Source: Podarcis erhardii (lineage: Eukaryota). From it: a stretch of 64,000 nucleotides of DNA. The stretch's first letter is position 1; each line of letters begins with the position of its first letter. Below the pieces are notes generated by a model. That model saw only the letters and a program-made list of their open reading frames with translations, was not told the origin of the DNA and did not search any database. Position numbers and translations under genes: made by a program. Shown piece by piece: positions 22,665-33,025 of this stretch. The stretch is from assembly GCA_964252035.1 (NCBI GenBank), contig OZ176205.1. One strand, written 5' to 3'.

Positions 22665-23339
22665 CAGTGTTTCCCAACCTTTTTTGGGCAAAGGCACACT
22701 TGTTTCATGAAAAAAATCTCGAGGCACACCACCATTAGAAAATGTTTAAAAAATTAACTCTGTGCCTATATTGACTATATATACAGTGGTGCCCCGCAAG
22801 ACGAATGCCTCGCAAGACTGAAAACCCGCAAGACGAAAGGGTTTTCCGTTTTTTGAGGCACTTCGCAAGATGAATTTCCCTATGGGCTTGCTTCGCAAGA
22901 AGAAAGCCTATAGGGAAATCTCCAGGGACCTCTTTTAAATGCTGGCGGTGGGGAGCAAAGCCTTCCCCCCCCTCTGGCCTTCAGAAGAGGTCCAGGAAGG
23001 CCGGCGGGGGCCAAAAGGCTTTGCTCCCCACCGCCAGCATTTTAAAAGCAGTCCGGGATAGCAGGGAAGCGCTTCCCGCTATCCTGGACGGCTTTTGAAG
23101 GCAGGCGGGGGGAGCAAAGACTTTTGTTCCCCCGCCCGCCTTCAGAAGAGACTTTCACGGGGGGTGAAAGTCTTTGCTCCCCCCTGCCTGCCTTCCCGGG
23201 AGAGCGGAGAAACGCAGCGTGAAGGCGGGCGGGGGGCAAAAGTCTAATTCTAATTTCAATGAGTGTGCCCTCCCACGGCACACCAGGCAACGTCTCGCGG
23301 CACACTAGTGTGCCGCGGAACACTGGTTGGGAAACACTG
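22665..23339. mobile_element. hAT MITE containing a truncated Tc1/mariner (Tigger-like) element
   Basis: Perfect 15-bp TIR CAGTGTTTCCCAACC / GGTTGGGAAACACTG and perfect 8-bp TSD AATTAAGC (22657-22664, 23340-23347). Internal TA|CAGTGGTGCCCCGC end at 22784 has no matching right end. Confidence 0.9.
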
Positions 23340-26300
23340 AATTAAGCAGTTTATCAAGTTATATTAAGTAAGCTAGAAATGTGTAACATAAATATTTTTT
23401 CTATTTATATACATAGTATTTATAAAATCAGGAGAGAGGAAAGAAGACCAGAGAAGCCCTGCAGCAGCAGCACCACCAGTAGCAGGATGAGGCCAAGGGA
23501 GGCCCATCGAGTCGAGGCTCCTCTTCTCAGCTCAGTTGACCCTGCACGTGGCCCCCAGAGGCCTCTGGCCCCAACAGGGGAGGGCCCAACACAGCCGCTT
23601 CCTCCTGACTTTGGCTAAAGCTGCCAGGCACTCATGAAATCTGGATTATTCTTTTATGGAGTCAGCGTGACCCCCAAGGAAAACACCCCCCAAAGGGGGA
23701 GCCCACTAGCCAGGGTGTGGTTCCGCTGGGCATGGCGCCTTGAAGGTAGCAGACCTGGGCAGCTCACTGCCACCAGGGGGTGCAATGGCAGGTTCACTGG
23801 GTGGCAGGGAAGCAGGGACCGGGCCAGGCCTGCTGTTGCTCTTCGTTGTGATGATCCGCAGGCCCAAAGGAGGGTCTGAATGGGTGGCTGGATGCAGGGA
23901 GACCAGAGGGATGTCAGGAACGCCAGAAGGGAAGGACCGCTTTTGTTGCTTCATGAAAGAAAGGTGAGAGCTTTCAAGGCTCCCTACAGAGCCCGGGAGC
24001 CTTTACAGACTCCAGGCAGATGCCAAAGCAGCAGGCAGGTGTCATGACTCATCTGTGAGGTGCTAATACAGTATGTTTAGCATTACTTATACACCCAGCC
24101 AGCTAGGAAGTTGGCATCAGGAGCCCAGTTAGCTCTCTTCTGGCTTGGAGGCCCCTTCCCAGCTCTCCAGCATCTCTCAGGTCAAGGGAAGAGTGACAGG
24201 TAGCCAGTGTCAAAGCCTCTCCTCTCCCAATGAGCTGAACCAAAACTAAGACTTGGAAGCGTCAAGGGATACAAACCTGTGTGAATTTATTTTTTCAGCA
24301 ACTAACACTTTGTTTCAGGGTTATCTTGATGACCAAAGCGGCATTTACAGGCCTTTCTAGGCAGCCCTCCAGCCTTCAGGTGCCAAGAGGCCATTTGGAC
24401 CAGGGGAAACCCCTCCCTTGGCTCCCCCAGGACAGAGCGGGCCTCCTCCTCCTCCTCCTCCTCCTCCTCCTCCACCTGAGCAAGAGTGCCAGGTGGGGAG
24501 GTGGGCAAGCTGAGAGGGCAGCTCTCCGGGGCCTGACCTGGATGGGTGCAAAGGAAAGGGAGCACCAAGGACCTGCAATCATGAAGAGGCAGTGGAAATA
24601 GGGAAGTTTTTCAAACAAAGGCTGGCTGGCTCCTCCTTTTCGGGGATTATTGAGTTGTGGGTCCTGCATTACTGGGGGGTTCGACCGGATGACCCTTGGG
24701 GCTCCCTGGCAGCTCTGTGATTCTATGATTCCATGCAAGGTTTTCTTTCCAGAATGGAATTAGCCAGGGTGTTTTTAGGGAACCCCATGCGCCCCATGCC
24801 AGGTCTGGAGACACTTATGGGGATGTGGCCACAGCAGGGCAGTTAGTGCCAGAGGCCCCCTGCCCAACCCAAACTGTTCCTGGTGCCAGTCCCAAGAGAG
24901 GGGGCAGAGTAAGACCTGGAAGCCTTTCCTGGGTGCAGAAATAACTAATTGCAGCAGCAGCAGCAGGAGGAGGAGGCAGGGAGTGCTGATTTACACCTCG
25001 TCAGGCCTGGGCGGCCTCCCCTCATTACCAGCCCTTGCCTCATTATTTATTCCTGTCTAAATATTTCATTGTCTTAATTGTGACAATCCAGCGAGCAGGA
25101 GCAGTCGCAGTTCCAGGCTGGAGTGTGTGTCTCTGCTGCTGCAGCCAGGCTGGGGGTGCCTAAGATAGCCAGGGATGGGGGTGGGGGGTGAATCAAGAGG
25201 TCCAGGGAGGGGCATGCATGCCCATGCCTGCCCCAAGTGGGCAGCTGGTGCAGGGGGCACTTTTCACCATGAGCTTGGCAAAAGCCCCCCCCTCCTGCAA
25301 GCCTGGCCCCTTCTGCGTATGCCACAGGGCTACACTGTGGGGGGAAGGCCTGAGGCTGCCCCACCCTGTTAGACACCTTCCTGCCCCCCCACCCTCAGCT
25401 GGTCCTCAGATTCTGGAGGGAAAGAAAGGGGGTCCTTTGGGCCTTAAAGCCATTTGCAAGCCCCTGCACCTCTTTCCAGGCCTGGCCACGTCACAGCCTC
25501 CTTTTGTCTTCTGAAAAGCAGGAGTTAAGGGGAGTGGGGTCAGAAAAGGAGACTGGTCCAGCCTTGCCCAGTTTGGGTGCTGGATCCCTTGCACCAGGCT
25601 GCTCCCCCTTCCCCATTTCTGCAGTTCCAGCTGCTGGGAGGGAGGGAGGCTGGGGGGGGGGTCTCCCATCTCCAGAGACAGCTGCCCTGCCCCCCTCCCT
25701 TCCCTTCCAAATGTTAATTTTATGGAGACCTTTATAAATCTTGCTGTTTCTGCTGTCCATGGGCTACATAGATTTCATCTTGTTGAGAGGTGACACTCGT
25801 GGCCTTTGGTAACAGGCTATCAATTTAATGCACTGAGTGTAATAAAAAACACAGGACCGTATTAACTCCCAATTACTCTGCTCTGCTCCTGGCATTAACC
25901 CCTTGTGGCCAGAACCTCATCTCTCCCAAGTTTTTTTTTTGGGGGGTGGCAGTGCAAGGAGGGGGGCTGTGGACAGGACCCTCGTCTCCTCTGTGGCAGG
26001 TTGGGAGCAGCCTGAGCCTTAGCTGGGAGGTTGTTCCAGAAGCTCCTGGCCTGGCCGGGGCCACTGGGCACAACTTTTGAGAGCTGACCCCCCCACTGCA
26101 AATGCACACACCTTGGAGTCAGCAACCCCTAGAGCACCACCAGTGCCCCCACCCCAACATATTTATTTATCTGTGTGCTGCTGTTGGTAAAACAACAATG
26201 ACACAGTTAACAACACACAGGTATACAATAAAGACTACGCAAAGACTCAAATGAATCACCTGTTACAAGAAGAGGTTTTGTTATTGTCTGCATAAACCTG

Positions 26301-26633
26301 AAAGCATGGAAAAGTTTTCAGTTGGCATCTAAAGGTTAAAGGTTTTTAAATGTTTGATTATGTTTTTATTATGTTTTTAATGTTCTGTTGAAAGCCGCCC
26401 AAAGTGGCTGGGGAAACCCAGCCAGATGGGTGGGGTAAAAATAATAAATTCTTATTCTTATTCTTATTAAAGCAGCTCAGTGGGTGATGGAGGAGAACAT
26501 CAGCCCCGTTTGTCCTTCTGCTATTGGGGAAGGTCCATCTGAAGAGGACCCCCGGGGCCCCCTGCCCATTATTGGATCCATTTCATAGGAACTTACATGG
26601 ACACAGGGCGATGCCCTGTACCAAGTCAGATTA

Positions 26634-27063
26634 TTTTTTTAAAAAAATAAATATTTATTAAGGTTTTTTTTATAAAAGAAATGCACAGATAATAAACAGC
26701 ATTGGTTATATCGTAACATAATTTCATAACTTCTTTGGACTTCCTCACGTTTTCTGCTCCCACTTACATCGTTGAAAAGTTTTTCAAGCAAATTATCAAC
26801 TTGTTTGCAATCTTATATCCAATCATTTAAATATAATCTAACAATTCTCCAAAAGGTTTATGTTTTCCTTAATCTGACTTATTATCAAATTCCAGTCTAA
26901 TTTAGTGGTGGCCAGTTATTTATGATCAAGCATCCTTCTTAACGTTCAACCAAATTACAATATTTTTGTAAATAAGTCTTAAATTTCTTCCAATCTTCTT
27001 CAATCCTTTCTTCTCCCAGGTCTCGGATTCTGCCAGTCATCTCCGCCAGTTGCATATAGTCTA
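26634..27063 (-). mobile_element. 5'-truncated L1-type LINE 3' end with 17-bp TSD
   Basis: Direct repeat TGTACCAAGTCAGATTA at 26617-26633 and 27064-27080. AT-rich body; minus ORF ends DYMQLAEMTGRIRDLGEERIEEDWKKFKTYLQKYC; AATAAA and an A-rich tail on the minus strand. Confidence 0.8.
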
Positions 27064-27085
27064 TGTACCAAGTCAGATTAAGGGC

Positions 27086-28120
27086 CATAGAATCATAGGA
27101 TTTTAGAGTGGGGAGGGACCCTCGAGGGTCATCCAGACCACTCCCTGCAATGCAGGAATGATGGCTACATAATCCCTGACAGGTGCCCACCTCTGGTGAA
27201 AGAGAGTCTGCCACCTCTTGAGGGAGACCCTTCTACTGCCAGACTCCTCTTACCCTCAGAAAGTTCTTCCTGATGATGTCCATTCATTCAGGTCCTGCTC
27301 TCTGGAGAAGCAGAAAACAAGCTTTCTGCCCGTGAAAGCCCTTCAGATACTGGAAGGTATTACGGAAAAATCTAGGTGTGAGGCTGCTCAGTCCCCCAGC
27401 TGGTCGAGCGGAGCCCGCAGGTCCCTGCGGAATGAAGGAGGAGTCCAGCCACCAACCGGAGCAAATAGCTGTAGACCAAAGTTTATTGCGCAACAGGTTC
27501 AAAGAGGAATTTTGAACTCCGAGGATGGGGTGACAAGGACTTTTACAACTTTCCCACCATATCCCAGAATACAGTTTGCACAGCAACATTGATACATCAT
27601 TGCTACATCCCTGACATGTCACCAAAGGGGAGGGGTAGACAGGGGTTACACTAGCTCAACCTTGGCAAACATGTCCAGACAAGTCCTTGGTACAAGATTA
27701 GCCTAAGCAGACATGGCAGGGCAAGACCCAGGTGTAAGATTAGCATAGACAAATATGTCTTAAGTACCCACCACCCAAAAGTACAAGAGAACTTCCTTTG
27801 CATGTCTGGCCCCTTGGCAAGTCTGGGGATGGGATTAGGCTTTTCTTGGCCAACAATCAGCTCAGCAATTGCCACCTCTGGGAACTTCCTGGAGTCCTTT
27901 TTCAAGGGGAAAATAGCTTTGGAATGGAGGAAACTGGCAAAGGAGTTGATTTTATATTATTTTTAAAGCTAGGTAACTTCCCTGAGCTGTCAGGTTGAAA
28001 GGATACATTCAGGCATAATATTTGTAACATTTAACAACTTTAAAGATGTCCCCCACCCCCGTAATTTCCGTAACACAGGTGACTCTCATGCCTCCTCCCA
28101 GTCTTGTCTTCTCCATCCAT
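27086..28120 (-). mobile_element. CR1 3' fragment split by LTR copy 1
   Basis: CR1-like sequence stops at 27357 (...cagatactggaagg) and resumes at 28076 (caggtgactctcatgcctcc...). Confidence 0.7.
27358..28075 (-). mobile_element. Solo LTR, copy 1 (718 bp)
   Basis: Termini T(A)TTACGGAAA...TTTCCGTAACA (TG...CA type with inverted ends). Flanks AAGG/CAGG give a 3/4 TSD match. Minus-strand AATAAA at 27482-27487. Strongly similar to 29057-29889. Confidence 0.8.
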
Positions 28121-28242
28121 GCTGAGTGGCAGCAGTGGCTCTTCCGGGTTTCAGGCATCCCTCCTTGGAGATGCCACCATGAGGGACGGAGGCTAGGACC
28201 TTCTACCTGCAAGGCAGCTGCTCTGCTGCTGAGCTGCAGCCC
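28117..28242 (-). mobile_element. Degenerate tRNA-derived SINE (Squam3-like)
   Basis: Minus strand starts ggggctgcagctcagcagcagagcagctgccttgcaggtagaaggtcc, homologous to the copy at 39551. Confidence 0.6.
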
Positions 28243-29056
28243 TTTTGCTTGCAGCGCCTGGAGGATGGAGGCCTGCTTCTGGGACAGGTGTCCCTGACCA
28301 CCTGCATGCCTGGCCCTTGCCACGGGGGGGGGGGGGGGGGGCTCATGCCACTGAACTCTGAGGGAGGGGCTGGTCCCCACCGCCAGCTTAAAGGAGGCAG
28401 CTGTTTGCTTGAAAAAGACATTTCTTAAAATGAAAAGCCTCACTAACTCAAAAGAGAAATTTCAATAAAAAAACCCTGCAGTTTAAAACTTGTAGTGAGG
28501 AAGATGTCAAAGTCCAGCCAAGCAATCTACAGAATTAATTAAACCAATTAAAACACAGTTTAAACCAGCAGTAAAATATCCATTAATATCATCTATAACC
28601 GCCCAAGTTCTTAATGGGGAAAAGCTCATCTCAGCTAAAAGCAATGGGAAACGAATGAGGCTTCAGCTTTGGTTTAAAAGCTGGAACCGGTGTGGGAAAT
28701 CAAACAAGGAAGGAAGTTCCACCAACGGGGACCCAGCACAGAGAAGGCCCCGTCTCTAGCTGCTCTCCTAGGCGGGTCTAGCAAGAGGGGCCTCAGACTC
28801 TGCTCCTGAGGTTTGGGCAGGGAGGCAGGCAGGTCCTTGACTCAGCCCAGCCCCCAATGACTGGCAGCGTCAGAGGTCAAGAGTTGTTTGTAAAAACGTT
28901 ACATGGAAGAAGAAGAAGAAAAAAAAAATACGAGGCACTACCCTTCTGTAAAACAAGAAAATCCTTAATAAAAAAAAAAGAAAAAAAAAAAAGAGTGGCA
29001 CTTGAAGCTCAAGTGACTGGCACAGTATCAGCTTTGCATATCCTGGCCATTCAACC

Positions 29057-29889
29057 TGTTAAGGAAAAATCTAGGTGTGAGGCTGCTCAGTCCCCCAGCT
29101 CCTTGGGCAGAGCCTGCGGGTCCCTGCGGAATGAAGGAAGGAGTCCAGCCACCAACCGGAGCAAATAGCTGTAGACCAAAGTTTATTGCGCAATAGGTTC
29201 AAAGAGCAAATTTTGAACCCCGAGGATGGGGTGTTAAGACAGGATTTGTGAAGGAAGAGACAATGAGGAGGCTTTTCCATTTTGACCATGCAGAGAAACA
29301 TTTGCTCAGTTTAGGAATCAAAATGGTTCCAGGTTGGCTTTCCTGTGCTGATCTATGTACGTGTGGTTATGAACGTTGCCATATATCTAAGACCATAAAA
29401 TTCCTATCACAGGTGACAAAGACTTTTAAAACTTTCCCACCACATCCCAGAATACAGTTCGAAGGGGAGGGGTTAACCTTGGCAAACATGTCCAGACAAG
29501 TCCTTGGTGCAAGATTAGCATAAGCAGACATGGCAGGGCAAGACCCAGGTATAAGATAAGCATAGACAAATATGTCTTAAGTGCCCACCACCCAAAAGTG
29601 CAATAGGAGTTCCTTTGCATGTCTGGAGCCTGAGCCAAGTCAGGTGATGAAATTTGGCTTCCTTTGGCTAACAATGAGCCCAGCAGTTGTCACCTCTGGG
29701 AACTTCCTGGAGTCCTTTTGCCAGGGGAAAATAGCTTTGGAATGGGGGGAACTGGGAAAGGAGATGATTTTATATTATTTCTAAAGTTAGGTGACTTCCC
29801 TGAGCTGTCAAGTTGGAAGCATATATTCAGGCATAATATTTGTAATATTTAACTTTAAAGATGTGCCCCCCCCTGTAATTTCCGTAACA
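29057..29889 (-). mobile_element. Solo LTR, copy 2 (833 bp)
   Basis: TGTTAAGGAAA...TTTCCGTAACA with perfect 4-bp TSD AACC (29053-29056, 29890-29893). Minus-strand AATAAA at 29182-29187. Confidence 0.88.
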
Positions 29890-29980
29890 AACCCCAGAGA
29901 GCTCCTAGGTGACCACATTCTGTGACTCTTGCCATCTTCAGAAGCAGACCCACAGAGAGTCCATTGCATTAGTCCAGCAC

Positions 29981-30199
29981 AGAAGTAACTAGGAAGAACT
30001 TCCTGACAGTAAGAGCTGTTTGACAGTGGAATTTGCTGCCAAGGAGTGTGGTGGAGTCTCCTTCTTTGGAGGTCTTTAAGCAGAGGCTTGACAACCATAT
30101 GTCAGGAGTGCTCTGATGGTGTTTCCTGCTTGGCAGGGGGTTGGACTCGATGGCCCTTGTGGTCTCTTCCAACTCTTCTATGATTCTATGATTCTATGA
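29981..30199 (+). mobile_element. CR1 3' end with (ATTCTATG)n tail
   Basis: ...ggttggactcgatggccctt...ccaactcttctatgattctatgattctatga, the canonical CR1 octamer tail. Similar short ends at ~8546, 24660, 31118, 34466, 35433(-), 37318(-), 45125, 46276(-), 48090(-), 54810, 55455, 60605, 62525. Confidence 0.85.
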
Positions 30200-31479
30200 T
30201 TAACTAGTGGTGGGCCAGGCCCACTTTCTCTAAAGGTTCTCTTAGCTGCTGCTGCTGCTGCCACCTCCACCTGTGGCTCCACAGAGGGCATGGAGCCCAG
30301 GAGAACCCCAGCACCACGTGCGCATGGGGGGGGGGGTTAAGGGGGAGCTTCCAGAGCCTGGATTTAGAGCACCTGCCTTGGAGGCAAGAAGCCCTAGGTT
30401 CAGGCTTCAGCATCTCCAATTAAAAAGGATAAGGAGGAAGATGGTGCCGAAGGCTCTACTCTGCCCAAGACCGCCCTGGAGAGCCTCTGCCAGTCAGAGT
30501 TCACAATCCTGGGATAGATGGACAAATACCTGGTGTAAGAGCAGCTTCTAGACAGTCCTCAAGGGCAGCCCCATGTAGAGTGCATTACAGTAGTCTAGGC
30601 AGGAGGTCACTAGAGCATAGACAACTCAGGAGAAGCCATAGCTAATGAATCAGCCTGAACTGGGAACAGATGCAGAAGCCAATTGGACTCCTGAGGCAAG
30701 CTGGAATCCGGGATGACTCCCCAAGCCTGTTTCTTAGTGGGGAATGCAGGCTCTCACAGAGCAGGCCGTACAGTTAAGTCCTGTGCCTCCATCTTATCGG
30801 GATTCAGCCCCACCCAGACCCTGGTCTGACACCTTCATGGCCTCTCCTGAGTCATATGGCACAGAGAGCGCTGTGCCCTCAGCACATTGATGGAGCTGCC
30901 CCAGCCTCCTCAAATATTTTATTGGGGGCTGAAGCCCCCTCGGCCCCTAAGAGTTGGCTCTTGTGGCTGTGGGGCCAAGCAGTAGTTGCCCAATCCTAAC
31001 TTCTAGTGATGACATTGGAGGAAGGAGAGGAACGGTTGTAGCTCAGCCTCCAGCTCCCATCCCCTGGAGTCTTTCCAGAAGGATGCCATGGTCAATGAAG
31101 TCATCCACTTGTCATGGATGCTTCCGCTGAGATTCCTGCATTGCAGGGGGTTGGACTAGATGACCCTTGGGGAGGCCCTTCTAACTGCAGTTCTAGGATT
31201 CCCCCTGCCTCTCTCCTGTTATAGGTCATTATTCAGGGGAACCAAGGATATTTAGGTGCTAAAACTAGGCCTTGAATGGATCTAGACAATTTGCTTTCTC
31301 CATGCAGGAGTTATCTGTCAGGGAACCAATGAGAAGGGGGCATTTTGGGGCTTTATCCTAAAAGGCTCTTAGGATCTGGAGTGAGGCATTAAGTGCCATT
31401 AAATCCATCTGGGGGAAAAAGAACATGGTGCTGTTGAGTTCAACATACATGGAACGGGACACAGTTGCTGAGTACCGTA

Positions 31480-32075
31480 AGTCCAAAACAGTCAAATTTG
31501 ACCTCAAAAGAGGAAACTTCTAGAAAATGAGAGGATTTGTATAAAGGAAGTTGGATGGGAAAGTGGAGAGGATCAGGGGTCTCCAGAGTGCTCCGGGGTC
31601 ATTGAAAACAACAGCAGTAGACACTCATCTAGGCTGTTTTCTGCAGATCAGGAACGAGGCCACTGCCAAGCGCAAAAGGATGCCAGCATGGTTAATGAGC
31701 AGAGTCAAGGAAACCGAAGAAGGCAAAAAGGTTTCTGTCAAAAATGGAAGTCTTGTACAAATGAGAAGAACACAAAGGAAAGGCAAGTGTTGGCAAAAAA
31801 GAAGAGCAAGCAGACAAAGGAGAAAAATGAGATCGCAGAGCAGCTGAATGAATTCTTTGTGTCTCTCTGCATGGCAAAGGATGGAGGGCAGTTCCCCGAG
31901 CATGAACTAACTTGCTTGGGAAAGGCTTCTGAAAGCCTTCTAATTCAGTGGTGAAAAGAAATTAAGTTCTAACCCTTAGTCACTAAATAAAAACACAAGC
32001 AGAGTCCAGATGGCATTGACCCAAGAATTCTTAAAGAACTCAAATATGAAAATGCTGGTCTTCTAACCAAAATGT
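31480..32075 (+). mobile_element. Old CR1 ORF2 internal fragment
   Basis: Decayed EN-RT linker (…MPAWL…; IAEQLNEFFVS; ccagatggcattgacccaagaattcttaaagaactc, PDGI.PR.LKEL-like), similar to the ~44060-44530 fragment. Confidence 0.65.
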
Positions 32076-32785
32076 TGCTACAGAATAGGGAGGTGGGGGA
32101 GGGGTCCATGGGGAAGATATCCTGGGGTCCCCTCCAGGCCTGGGATTCTGCATCTGGGATTTGGACTAGAGGAGAAGGAGCTGCAGAGAGCCAGTCCAAC
32201 CAATTTCTTTGTTAGGCTAATGGCCTTAGCCGCTCAGCTAAGCACCGCATTTTGCATGACTAAAAGAGTGGGCCACGTTGCTGTAGCAACAGCCAAGTGA
32301 TGGTGTTCTCTGGGGAGAAGGTAGGCATTTCTCATCCACCTCACCTGGCGGGATGCAGGGGAGCAACAGGCCTGGAGGGGGCGCTGTGTGTTTGGGATAC
32401 TGCTGGGAGCTGGACAGAGGCTGGTCTTGCTCTGTGCCAGACTCCCAAGCTGTGACTGATGGGAGGCAACACCTGTTGGGGTGTTAGTTTTGTGAGTCCC
32501 TCCATCCTATGCTCAGGTTGTATCATTGGCATCCGTCTGTCTCAAGAGACAACAGAGTTCGCCTCCAGGAGGGAAGCCAAACCACTGCACTGGCAGCACT
32601 GAAGTGACCCCCCCCCCCGCCCTGAGGTGCAAGCCTGGCCAGTGTGTCTGGAGATCCTGGGCTGCCCAGACAACAAGACCCCCCCCACCTCTGCCTCGCA
32701 GAGCAAGATGTTTGGCACCAGCTGGGAAGATGCAGGAGTTGCCAGAAGGGGTCTGGTTGTATAAATGTGTAAATAAAAGCATATA

Positions 32786-33025
32786 GAGTGGTACCTTGGT
32801 TTAAAAACAGCCCTGTTTACGAACTATTCGGTTTACAAACTCTGCAAAACCAGAAGAAGTTTCCCAGTTTGAGAACTTTACCTTGGTCTAAGAACAGAAT
32901 CCGAATGGTGGAAGGGCACCAGCAGTGGGAGGCCTCATTAGGGAAAGTGCGCCTTGGTTTAAGAATGGTTTCGGTTTAAGAACGGACTTCCAGAATGGAT
33001 TAATTTGTAAAACGAGGTACCACTG
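32786..33025. mobile_element. Tc1/mariner (Tigger-like) MITE, copy A (240 bp)
   Basis: TA|(G)AGTGGTACCTTGG...CGAGGTACCACTG|TA; colinear with 57931-58171. Confidence 0.85.

Noticed and set aside
24281-24601. Poly-Leu / poly-Glu ORFs over the (CTC)n repeat at ~24445-24475
   Set aside because: Simple microsatellite translation with no nearby start context or splice signals.
27358-29889. Single deleted provirus bounded by two LTRs
   Set aside because: Each LTR has its own TSD, the outer flanks (AAGG vs AACC) differ, and the spacer has no PBS, PPT or gag/pol remnants.
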